From positions 1-25,157 of the forward strand of contig CAZDRD010000001.1 of the NCBI GenBank assembly GCA_964507945.1: a DNA stretch of 25,157 bases, given 5' to 3'. Source of the stretch: an uncultured Candidatus Saccharibacteria bacterium (lineage in GTDB: Bacteria > Patescibacteriota > Minisyncoccia > Phycocordibacterales > UBA12088). Shown here piece by piece: positions 16,438-24,742 of the stretch (position 1 is its first letter; every line of letters begins with the position of its first letter). The notes under the pieces were generated by a model. The model searched no databases, was not told where the DNA came from, and worked only from the letters and a program-made list of their open reading frames with translations. A program made the translations under genes and the position numbers.

Positions 16438-18099
16438 ATGTCGAGATATATCCCCTGTTTTTTCATACTGCTCACGCTCCTCATTTTGGGGCCGATGCTC
16501 ACGCCCGGTTATATCCTGACCTTGGACATGCCGTGGACGCCAACTGTGCCGCTTGTCTGGAGTAGCGACGCTTTCAACAATACATTTATTTTACAAGCAT
16601 TGCTCTATGTCTTTTCCCTGATCATACCTTCGTGGCTTGTACAGAAAATGATCCTTCTCATGATTTTTTTCCTGCTCTTGTACGTGCCGTGGCGATTCTT
16701 GCCCCTGATCTCATCGGGTGCGGCACGAGTATGCGCAGCGATGCTCTACGCACTCAATCCATTCGTGTATTCGCGGATGCTTGCGGGACAATGGACGGTT
16801 TTGCTCGGGTATGCCCTGCTTCCCTTGCTTGTGTATGCACTCGTGCAACTTACCAAAAAACCAGGCCCACGATCAATGGTCTTGTTTGCGGGCGCGTTGT
16901 GGTTGATCAGCCTCGGCACGATTCATTTCGTCTATCTCTCGCTTTTATTCTCACTCTTTTTTGTCAATACGTATGCAGGCTTGCAGGTCGGGAGAAAAAC
17001 GTATGACGCTGCGGGGCGGATGGTGAAATGGACAGGACTGGGAGTGGTAGCGTTTCTTTTGGTCAGCATGTACTGGATGGTACCGGCATTGATACGTCAT
17101 GCGCCACTTGAAGGCGAGTTCGATGAGCGACATTTTTCGGCTTTTGCCGCAGCACAAAACGAAAGCACGTCCGTGATGCTCAACGTCGCGGCGCTGGGAG
17201 GTTTTTGGGGAGAACAACAGGCGTGGAGATATTATTTCGTCTGGCCACAAGATACGTGGCTATTTTGGATCACTGCGTTCATACTCGCACTTATCGCGAT
17301 GTACGGCATGTATCGCGGCATACATGATCCAGACACGCATTTTCTGACCGTGTTTTTATTTTGCATTGGTATACTCACATACATCACCGCACTCGGCACG
17401 GCGGACACGCCATTTCGTTCATTCAATCTGCTGCTTTATCAACATTTTCCCGGTTGGAGTGGTTTACGCGATAGTCACAAAATAGCCGCATTTCTTTCAC
17501 TGGCCTATGTGCTGCTTGCGGGAATGGGCTTTGCATCTATTTTTGCATATTTCGAAAAAAGACGTGCGAGACCGTTCGTCATCGCCTTTGCACTTTTGCT
17601 GCCGATGTTGTTTGGCATGTATCAGTGGAACGGGTTCCATGGACAGCTCACGCCCGTATGGTATCCAGAATCATGGCACCAAGCAAAGATGGTGCTCGAT
17701 CAGGCCCTACCTGAAGAAAAAGTCTTGGTGCTTCCATGGCATCAATACAGCTCCCTTCCCTTTGCGCATCAACTTCTCGTCGCCAATCCCGCGCCTGATT
17801 TTTTCGGACGGGATCGCATGATTGTCGCACGAAACGTCGAGATAGGCGGCATTTACCATCAAGAAAACGACGATGCATACCGAGCTATTGATACGCTGGT
17901 AGAGCACGCATCGCAGTATCCTCAACAAGCATTACTTGAGGCGTTACAAAAACAAAATATTCACTATATCCTGTACATTGAAAACCTTGCCGCCACCACA
18001 AGCGATGCACAAGACGCAAATCTGCACGCCCTCATAAGCCTGCCGTCTGAAGCGATGCATTGGGATGATATCTCACTTTTGAGATTGAAAGAAAAGTAA
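16438..18099 (+). CDS. Second GT-C fold membrane glycosyltransferase (AftD/YfhO-like)
   Basis: 553 aa; LDMPW in first loop, YALNPFVYSR..G....LGYALLP, LRDSHK (parallels FREASK of upstream gene), soluble C-terminal domain. Confidence 0.68.
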   Translation: MSRYIPCFFILLTLLILGPMLTPGYILTLDMPWTPTVPLVWSSDAFNNTFILQALLYVFSLIIPSWLVQKMILLMIFFLLLYVPWRFLPLISSGAARVCAAMLYALNPFVYSRMLAGQWTVLLGYALLPLLVYALVQLTKKPGPRSMVLFAGALWLISLGTIHFVYLSLLFSLFFVNTYAGLQVGRKTYDAAGRMVKWTGLGVVAFLLVSMYWMVPALIRHAPLEGEFDERHFSAFAAAQNESTSVMLNVAALGGFWGEQQAWRYYFVWPQDTWLFWITAFILALIAMYGMYRGIHDPDTHFLTVFLFCIGILTYITALGTADTPFRSFNLLLYQHFPGWSGLRDSHKIAAFLSLAYVLLAGMGFASIFAYFEKRRARPFVIAFALLLPMLFGMYQWNGFHGQLTPVWYPESWHQAKMVLDQALPEEKVLVLPWHQYSSLPFAHQLLVANPAPDFFGRDRMIVARNVEIGGIYHQENDDAYRAIDTLVEHASQYPQQALLEALQKQNIHYILYIENLAATTSDAQDANLHALISLPSEAMHWDDISLLRLKEK

Positions 18100-18123
18100 A
18101 AAATATCGAGTTTTAAAGAAAAC

Positions 18124-18152
18124 TTGACATAGTGTCAAAGTTTTGTTATATA
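18124..18152 (+). promoter_or_regulatory. Sigma70-type promoter for nucleotidyltransferase, leaderless
   Basis: TTGACA 18124-18129, 17-nt spacer, TG-t-TATATA 18144-18152, ATG 7 nt later. Confidence 0.6.
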
Positions 18153-18159
18153 AAAGCTC

Positions 18160-18843
18160 ATGCAAGCAGTGATATTAGCCGCCGGCCGTGGTACGCGTAT
18201 GCTACCTTTGACCCTCACGACACCAAAACCGCTCGTCAAAGTGGACGGCGAGCCTATATTGAGCCATATCATGCGTCAACTTCCTGAGGAAGTTGACGAA
18301 GTGGTGCTCGTGATCGGGCATTTAGGCCAGCAGATCGTGGATTTTTACGGAGACGAGTTTGAGGGGAAACGACTGGTCTACGTTTGGCAGGAAGTGGCGA
18401 CGGGCACGGCAGACGCGCTCAATTTGACCCGCGACCATATCAAAGGAAAATTTTTGCTTTTGCTTGGTGATGACATCGTCGGTCGGGAAAGTCTTGCGCA
18501 CGCTCTTGGGCATGAACTTGCAATACTGGCGTATGAACATCCCGAACCGCAGCGCTTCGGCGTCATCGTTACCAACGAAGACGGCACCATAAAAGAACTT
18601 TTGGAAAAGCCCGAGAATCCGCCCAGCAATCTCGTGAGTACTGGGTCAATGGTGCTCGATAATCGCATCTTTGAACTCATCAAGCCTACTCCCGTGGATC
18701 ACGAAAACTACCTTACCTGGTATATCGAAACATTGGCAAAAGAGCGTCCGATCAAAGTAGTGCGCCAAGAGCACTGGTGTCCTGTCGGACGCATCGAAGA
18801 CATACCGGACGCGGAGTTATTTCTGCGTACTCGCCTTGCCTGA
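18160..18843 (+). CDS. Sugar-phosphate nucleotidyltransferase (NTP_transferase; GlmU-N/RmlA-like)
   Basis: AVILAAGRGTRMLPLT..PKPL, GTADAL, LLGDD, FGV, EKP motifs; 227 aa, lacks C-terminal hexapeptide domain. Confidence 0.88.
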   Translation: MQAVILAAGRGTRMLPLTLTTPKPLVKVDGEPILSHIMRQLPEEVDEVVLVIGHLGQQIVDFYGDEFEGKRLVYVWQEVATGTADALNLTRDHIKGKFLLLLGDDIVGRESLAHALGHELAILAYEHPEPQRFGVIVTNEDGTIKELLEKPENPPSNLVSTGSMVLDNRIFELIKPTPVDHENYLTWYIETLAKERPIKVVRQEHWCPVGRIEDIPDAELFLRTRLA

Positions 18844-18850
18844 GTTTTAC

Positions 18851-19180
18851 CTAAGCGAAGCGCGAGAAGACGTTGGCCAGGATCTCGCGGACGAAGTCTC
18901 GTATACTGACTCCTTTGGGGCATTGCCCCTGTGCATCGGGATTGATCGCTTGACCACTGCTGATCCAACGATCGGCTATTTGCCGTGGTACCGACACTTT
19001 TACATACGGCGTAAACTGCGAACCAGTTGCGCGACAGACTTCGATCCTGCCACCGCCGTAACCGCTCCCTGCAACCTGACCAAAGAAACTACCGCTATTG
19101 CTTTGCGCGAGCACCGTTCCCCCGAGCGGAGCTGCAAAAAGCAACCCTGAAAAAACGATTGTTGCTGTTTGCTTGATCAT
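18851..19180 (-). CDS. Small secreted hypothetical protein with two-Cys domain
   Basis: Signal peptide to VLA-Q, Gly/Ser linker, VCRATGS..PY...GQCP domain, amphipathic C-terminal helix. Confidence 0.7.
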   Translation of the reverse strand: MIKQTATIVFSGLLFAAPLGGTVLAQSNSGSFFGQVAGSGYGGGRIEVCRATGSQFTPYVKVSVPRQIADRWISSGQAINPDAQGQCPKGVSIRDFVREILANVFSRFA

Positions 19181-19269
19181 AGAATAATAAATTAACGTAT
19201 CAACTTATTAAGTGTACCACGAAAGCCAATGAATGAGAGGTGAAGAACATGTTTATATCTTTTTATTAT

Positions 19270-19932
19270 TTACCACTCTATCGCTTTTTTACCATGTTCG
19301 ATAAGATACGCATTGGCACGACTGAAATGTTTGCATCCAAAAAAGCCGCGATCCGCTGAAAACGGTGACGGATGTGCCGCTTCAAGGATCAGATGCTTCG
19401 TACGGTCGATCACTTTTCCTTTTTCTTTCGCATAACTTCCCCAGAGCATGAAAACGAGATGTTCGCGCTCATTGGAAAGCGCTGCAACGGCAGCATCGGT
19501 AAACCGCTCCCAACCTTTCCCCTGATGCGAACCGGGTGCACGCGCCCGCACGGTAAGCGTTGCATTCAAGAGCAGTATGCCCTGCCTGGCCCATCGCGAC
19601 AGATCGCCACTATGGTCAACTTTTTTTCCAAGATCCGATTCGATCTCTTTAAATATGTTTTGAAGCGACGGCGGCACGGGTACGCTATCGCCCACCGCAA
19701 ATGCAAGGCCATTGGCTTGCCGCGGGCCATGATAGGGATCTTGTCCGAGGATGACCACTTCAACGCGATCAAAGGGACATAAGTCAAATGCATTGAAAAT
19801 ATTTTTCGGATTCGGATAGACGGTGTGGTGGCGATATTCTTCATGTACAAAATGAGAAAGATCAGCAAAGTATGGCGCATCGAATTCCGGCGCAAGATGT
19901 TTTTTCCACGATGCTTCTATTTGTATACCCAT
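19270..19932 (-). CDS. ung: Uracil-DNA glycosylase, family 1
   Basis: VVILGQDPYHG, LLLNATLTV, HPSPFS motifs. Confidence 0.96.
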   Translation of the reverse strand: MGIQIEASWKKHLAPEFDAPYFADLSHFVHEEYRHHTVYPNPKNIFNAFDLCPFDRVEVVILGQDPYHGPRQANGLAFAVGDSVPVPPSLQNIFKEIESDLGKKVDHSGDLSRWARQGILLLNATLTVRARAPGSHQGKGWERFTDAAVAALSNEREHLVFMLWGSYAKEKGKVIDRTKHLILEAAHPSPFSADRGFFGCKHFSRANAYLIEHGKKAIEW

Positions 19933-19949
19933 AGAGGTATACTAAACGT

Positions 19950-20147
19950 ATGGATCCGCAACTGCAAGAGAAACTTACCGATCTCGAACAAAAACTCGAC
20001 GCGGTTTATCGCTCGACCGAAAAAACACGTAGATACATTTGGACATTCGTGGTGATTTCCGTCATCGCACTCGTCTTACCACTCATCGGCATGGTGTTTG
20101 CCATCCCCGCATTTCTCAATACGTATTCATCGATACAGGATTTGTAA
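19950..20147 (+). CDS. Small membrane protein with N-terminal coiled coil
   Basis: 65 aa; LQEKLTDLEQKLDAVY heptads then one long TM segment; TATACT 6 nt upstream, terminator downstream. Confidence 0.75.
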   Translation: MDPQLQEKLTDLEQKLDAVYRSTEKTRRYIWTFVVISVIALVLPLIGMVFAIPAFLNTYSSIQDL

Positions 20148-20162
20148 AATTATGAAAGCAGA

Positions 20163-20195
20163 AAGGGGCACACGCGCAGCGCCCCTTGTTTTTTT
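20163..20195 (+). terminator. Rho-independent terminator
   Basis: AAGGGGC / GCCCCTT stem followed by GTTTTTTT. Confidence 0.6.
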
Positions 20196-20208
20196 CAATG
20201 ACTTGTGC

Positions 20209-21096
20209 TCACATCCCATAAAATATGATGAGCAGGATGCTTGCAAACACGGTTACTGCCGCAACAACTTTACGCCCAAGATCCTGCAATTCTCCCTTGT
20301 GTTTATGTACCATTAGGCCAAGCATAATACCGCCCACAATCGTAAACAGGACGAGACCTGCACGTTTGGCTGCAATGACGTACTCAACATCATGAGTATA
20401 TGTCAATGCAAGCATATGAGGAGCCACCGCAAATACCGACAACAGCCCCGCCGCTAGTGCATATAGGTCACCGCGTACTCGAGGATGGGTGTTATTTTTT
20501 ACCTTATCGATTACAAACGCTGCAACCGAAACGCAGAGAGAATAGAACGTGAGATAGAATGGGATATTGGATGTATCAATAGCAAGCTTATCGAGATTGG
20601 CAGTGATCGCGTATATTGCTGCGATCCCGATAAACGATGCGGTGCCATGCTCGCGACGAAGTTCAGCATAGAGCGCCCGTGGAGCAAGACCCTGCTTGGC
20701 ATTGGCGATAATGACGCCGACCACTACCCCGATGACTCCCATCACACCCCATAACGTGGGACGGGCTCCGGAGAAAAAGAGTGGTGTCGTGATGAGCATA
20801 AAAGCAGGTGTCAGCGCCATGTAAACGCTTGCGCCCGTCATCGACGCATTCCTATGCCCATGCACCGTCAAAAGCTTTGCCGCGAGCAAAAGAGGAACAT
20901 CGACAGCAAGAACAATCCAGAACACAAAGCTTACATGCGGTATTCCTCCCACAAAAAGCCAAGCGGCCCAAATGGGCAACGTAATGATGGTCGAAATCCA
21001 CACCATTCGTAGTGGTGGAATGCGAGATAACTTTACCGGAATTCGTGCAGACGCATCGAACGCGCCGGACAAGATCCCGAGGAGAATGCTCAGCAT
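20209..21096 (-). CDS. EamA/DMT family transporter
   Basis: 295 aa, about 10 TM helices in two halves; LTPAF, T.WG..G, DKLA, KR motifs typical of DMT. Confidence 0.8.
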   Translation of the reverse strand: MLSILLGILSGAFDASARIPVKLSRIPPLRMVWISTIITLPIWAAWLFVGGIPHVSFVFWIVLAVDVPLLLAAKLLTVHGHRNASMTGASVYMALTPAFMLITTPLFFSGARPTLWGVMGVIGVVVGVIIANAKQGLAPRALYAELRREHGTASFIGIAAIYAITANLDKLAIDTSNIPFYLTFYSLCVSVAAFVIDKVKNNTHPRVRGDLYALAAGLLSVFAVAPHMLALTYTHDVEYVIAAKRAGLVLFTIVGGIMLGLMVHKHKGELQDLGRKVVAAVTVFASILLIIFYGM

Positions 21097-21178
21097 GTTG
21101 TTATCCTATCATGATTGATTCCACGCGCCATAGTATCACATTAGACTGCCTCACACAAACGTGCTACAGTAACTGCAC

Positions 21179-21787
21179 ATGTCGAGTCTTATTGATGTCA
21201 TCGTAGCCTTTGGCTACATCGGTATTTTCGTGACCATTTTTGCCGAGTCGGGCATTTTGGTCGGTTTTTTTCTCCCCGGCGATTCCCTGCTCTTTACCGT
21301 AGGCCTGCTTGCCTCGCAAGGGTATTTCAATATCGCGTTACTTACTACACTCGTCGTTGCAGCTGCAATTTTAGGCGACAATTTCGGCTATTGGCTGGGG
21401 TGGAAATTCGGCCCGAAAGTGTTCAATAGAAAAGATTCATTCTTTTTCAAAAAAGAATATGTCGCTCGCGCCGAAGCGTTTTATGCCAAGCACGGGAAAA
21501 AAGCGATCGTCATGGCACGCTTTGTGCCGGTGATACGCACGCTCATCCCTATCACTGCGGGTATCGGTTCGATGCGTTACCACACATTTCTTCTGTACAA
21601 TATCATTGGTGCTGCGATATGGGGTGCCGGCGTGACATTGCTTGCGTACTTTTTAGGTACCCAATTTCCGTGGGTGGAAAAATATCTTGAATACATCATC
21701 ATCGCCATCGTGCTGACGTCATTTTTGCCGATTGCGATCGACATCCTGCGTTCGCGCATGCGCAAAAATACTGCGCGTATTTCGTAA
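21179..21787 (+). CDS. DedA family membrane protein
   Basis: FAESGILVGFFLPGDSLLF, GDNFGYWLG, ARFVPVIRT, F..YN..GA..W motifs. Confidence 0.95.
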   Translation: MSSLIDVIVAFGYIGIFVTIFAESGILVGFFLPGDSLLFTVGLLASQGYFNIALLTTLVVAAAILGDNFGYWLGWKFGPKVFNRKDSFFFKKEYVARAEAFYAKHGKKAIVMARFVPVIRTLIPITAGIGSMRYHTFLLYNIIGAAIWGAGVTLLAYFLGTQFPWVEKYLEYIIIAIVLTSFLPIAIDILRSRMRKNTARIS

Positions 21788-21801
21788 TATAAAAATGGTG
21801 A

Positions 21802-21824
21802 GGCCCCGACGTTGTGTCGGGGCC
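21802..21824. terminator. Hairpin terminator between convergent genes
   Basis: 9-bp stem GGCCCCGAC / GTCGGGGCC; T-rich tail on minus strand. Confidence 0.65.
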
Positions 21825-21842
21825 CTGAATGTGCATAGCGCC

Positions 21843-22346
21843 TTACGACGCCGTTTCGCGGACGTCGAAAAAGAAGTAGCCGTCCACGATCTTATGGATC
21901 TGCTTCGCAGCATCTTCAGCGGTATAAACTCGCGACCGTCTGAAACAAGAACGTCCAATTTTTAAGGAAATGACCCCATTCAGGCCAACTGCGGCAAAAA
22001 CGATAGTCTCGGGTATTTCCTCGCCAGTGCCACACTGGACAAGAAGACATGGCCCATCCTCTGCGTCCGGATCCACGCTTACTGTCATGAAGGCGTCTGG
22101 CCCGAGGCAGAGTCGGCCAGAACGGACCCTCTCATTCCATGTTGCGACAGTTGCCGCTACGGATGTTGCAAGCTTAAGGAACTCCCGCAGCTTTAATAGC
22201 TGCTGCTCGTGTTCCTCTTTTTCTCCCTTCCACTGAGTTATCAGCCGATACTCGCGACGATTCGCCACTTCGAGTAGGTGTCCCAACAAGGCAATCATGA
22301 TGCCCAACATTGCCACCGAAATGCACAACGCCAGAAAGTTGGCCAT
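21843..22346 (-). CDS. Orphan hypothetical protein with N-terminal membrane anchor
   Basis: 167 aa from ATG 22346; SD AGGAG 8 nt upstream; hydrophobic residues 4-25 then charged helix; the longer 22439 start lies in the promoter. Confidence 0.7.
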   Translation of the reverse strand: MANFLALCISVAMLGIMIALLGHLLEVANRREYRLITQWKGEKEEHEQQLLKLREFLKLATSVAATVATWNERVRSGRLCLGPDAFMTVSVDPDAEDGPCLLVQCGTGEEIPETIVFAAVGLNGVISLKIGRSCFRRSRVYTAEDAAKQIHKIVDGYFFFDVRETAS

Positions 22347-22410
22347 TCTATATACTCCTCTAAGACCAGTTTGAAGACAACAAAAAATACTGACTTTTGA
22401 TACCGTGCAC

Positions 22411-22439
22411 ATTGTATCATTAAAAATGATATGTGTCAA
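22411..22439 (-). promoter_or_regulatory. Near-consensus sigma70 promoter for orphan gene
   Basis: Minus strand TTGACA (22439-22434), 17-nt spacer, TG-a-TACAAT (22419-22411). Confidence 0.75.
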
Positions 22440-22507
22440 TATCCTTCATTTGACAAATATTTGAGTCTGTGAGACTCTTGCTTGGTCTTACTACATATTC
22501 ATTTTCT

Positions 22508-23926
22508 ATGTCCAATTTCAAAAAAACCAAGATCGTCGCCACGCTCGGGCCCTCGTGCGCCGACGAAAAGACCATGACCGCCATGGTAAAAGCAGGCATG
22601 AATGTCGCGCGAGTCAACTTCTCGCACGGCTCGCATGACGAGCATCGTGTGCTTATCGAAAAAATGCGCGCGGTCTCTGAAAAGACCCGCATCCCTGTCG
22701 CGATATTGCAAGACCTGTGCGGCCCCAAGATCCGTATCGGTGATTTTGTTGACGGAGCGATCACCCTCAAAAAAGGTGCGACGTTTACCCTTACTGCAAA
22801 AAAGGTGCCGGGCACCGTCGAGCGCGTCTATCTCAACTACAGCAAACTCCCTCGCGAAGTAAAAAAGGGACAGGACATACTGCTCAATGACGGCAAGGTA
22901 CGTTTACATGTCGAGAAAACCACGCCCACTGACATCGTCACGACCGTGGTCGTCGGCGGCATGATCAGGAGCCGCCGCGGCGTCAACGTGCCGGGCGCCA
23001 ACCTCTCGATCCCTGCGATCACCGCAAAAGACAAACTCGATATCGTATTTGGCAAAGAAGTCGGCGTCAATTTCGTCACACTTTCTTTTGTGCGGCATGC
23101 GCGCGACATTGAAAACCTGCGCACGCTTTTGGGAGAGACGGCGCGCGAAGTCGGCATCATCGCAAAGATCGAAACGACACAAGCAGTTGAGAACATCGAC
23201 GCGATCATCGCAGCGGCAGACGGCATCATGGTTGCGCGCGGGGATCTCGCGATCGAGATCCCCAAAGAAGAAGTGCCGATCGTGCAAAAGACGATCATTC
23301 TCAAATGCAACCAAGCAGGCAAGCCGGTCATCACCGCAACACAAATGCTCGACTCGATGAAAGAACATCCTGTCCCCACGCGCGCTGAAGTCAGTGATGT
23401 CGCCAATGCGATCTTTGACGGCACCGATGCAGTCATGCTCTCAGACGAGACAGCAGTAGGTGCAAACCCGGCACTTGCGATCGAGACTATGACAGGTATC
23501 GCGCAAAAGATCGAAGCGAGCAGCCTCTACCGCGACGAATATTACAGCCGCATACATCCTTCACAAAATGGTGTCGATGCGGTAACAAGCTCCATCGTAC
23601 ACGCCGCCCACACGACAGCGGCAAAAGCGATCGTCGCGTTTTCCGAGTCCGGCTATACCGGACGACTGGTTGCACGGCATCACCCCGAGCAGCCGATCAT
23701 CGTTCTGACACCCCACAAAAAGACCTTCTTCCAATCATTGCTCAATTTCGGCTGCTATCCGCACGACGCGCCCATCATCACTTCCCTGGATGAAGCGATC
23801 ACGCTCGCGAAACAAGCTATCAAAGACTATGGCCTAGGCAAAAAAGGCGACACGTTCGTACTTGGCGCCGGCCTGCCCTTGGGCAAGAGCGGCCCCACCA
23901 ACACGATGTTGATTGAGCGGGTGTGA
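22508..23926 (+). CDS. pyk: Pyruvate kinase
   Basis: KTKIVATLGP, ARVNFSHG, DLCGPKIR, KIET, MVARGDL, ATQMLDSM, PTRAEVSDVANA, MLSDETA; start ATG 22508 (472 aa). Confidence 0.97.
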   Translation: MSNFKKTKIVATLGPSCADEKTMTAMVKAGMNVARVNFSHGSHDEHRVLIEKMRAVSEKTRIPVAILQDLCGPKIRIGDFVDGAITLKKGATFTLTAKKVPGTVERVYLNYSKLPREVKKGQDILLNDGKVRLHVEKTTPTDIVTTVVVGGMIRSRRGVNVPGANLSIPAITAKDKLDIVFGKEVGVNFVTLSFVRHARDIENLRTLLGETAREVGIIAKIETTQAVENIDAIIAAADGIMVARGDLAIEIPKEEVPIVQKTIILKCNQAGKPVITATQMLDSMKEHPVPTRAEVSDVANAIFDGTDAVMLSDETAVGANPALAIETMTGIAQKIEASSLYRDEYYSRIHPSQNGVDAVTSSIVHAAHTTAAKAIVAFSESGYTGRLVARHHPEQPIIVLTPHKKTFFQSLLNFGCYPHDAPIITSLDEAITLAKQAIKDYGLGKKGDTFVLGAGLPLGKSGPTNTMLIERV

Positions 23927-23944
23927 GAGTATTAAGCAATATAA

Positions 23945-24014
23945 AGGGAAAGAATATAACCTCGCTCCGGGAAAGCTCAATACTTATTCCCTCGCAAGCT
24001 TATATTCTTTCCCT
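23945..24014. repeat. 15-bp perfect inverted repeat with 40-nt structured loop (possible bidirectional terminator or REP-like element)
   Basis: AGGGAAAGAATATAA (23945-23959) / TTATATTCTTTCCCT (24000-24014); inner GGGAA/TTCCC stem. Confidence 0.9.
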
Positions 24015-24031
24015 GCTGTAATCCGCCTATA

Positions 24032-24742
24032 TTAAAATAAGAAATACTCCCTCCACTTTTGGTAGAGCGCGGCGGTTGCTTTGATGTCGCGTACGTTGTA
24101 GCGGGCGATATCGACAAAACGTTTGTCGTCGAACAATTCTTTGACGTTGTCGCCTGAAACGCCATCGGCCTTGGGGCTGTCGATGCCAAACACGCGGCAC
24201 CACAGGTGAAGGTTTCCCGGCTTGCGCACTGCACTGTAAAAAGAAAGTTGATCGTACAAATCAAAGTGTTTCGTGTCATGCGGCTGAAGACTCGTATAGC
24301 GATTGGCCATAAGGTTTTTGCTGGGCCTCACGCCATGCACAGCACTGCGCACCATCAGAAACGGCACGTCGAATGCGCGACCGTTGAAAGTGACGAAGTG
24401 TTGATACTTCCCCGCCCCATCCCAAAACTGCTGGAGCATTTCTTTCTCAGACAGTGCTTTGAACTTGATGCCGTTTTCTTCAAAGTCGGCAATGGTCTCG
24501 CCCGGCGCTTGAAAGTAGACACATCCCTTGTCACGCTCGAGATCAAGCACGCCGATCGCCACGATCGAACCGGTCAGGGGCGAGAAGCCAAGCCCTTCTT
24601 TGAGTTCCTTGAGTTCCGCTTCGTAGTCGGGGCCGCCACTTGACTGCTTTTTGAGCCACCATGTCATGATCTCTTTGGTGGTATCGTCAATCGCGTCAAA
24701 GTCTTCACCGACCGTTTCAATGTCAAATACGAGGGTAGACAT
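24032..24742 (-). CDS. Stand-alone PolB-like 3'-5' exonuclease (DEDDy)
   Basis: ExoI LVFDIET, ExoII TFNGRAFDVPFL, ExoIII YNVRD. Confidence 0.85.
   Translation of the reverse strand: MSTLVFDIETVGEDFDAIDDTTKEIMTWWLKKQSSGGPDYEAELKELKEGLGFSPLTGSIVAIGVLDLERDKGCVYFQAPGETIADFEENGIKFKALSEKEMLQQFWDGAGKYQHFVTFNGRAFDVPFLMVRSAVHGVRPSKNLMANRYTSLQPHDTKHFDLYDQLSFYSAVRKPGNLHLWCRVFGIDSPKADGVSGDNVKELFDDKRFVDIARYNVRDIKATAALYQKWREYFLF

Noticed and set aside
19360-19385. UNG has HPSPFS rather than HPSPLS
   Set aside because: Phe at the intercalating position is a known common variant in bacterial family-1 UNGs
22837-23436. 199-aa and 154-aa minus-strand ORFs inside pyk
   Set aside because: Typical antisense shadows of a conserved, GC3-biased gene
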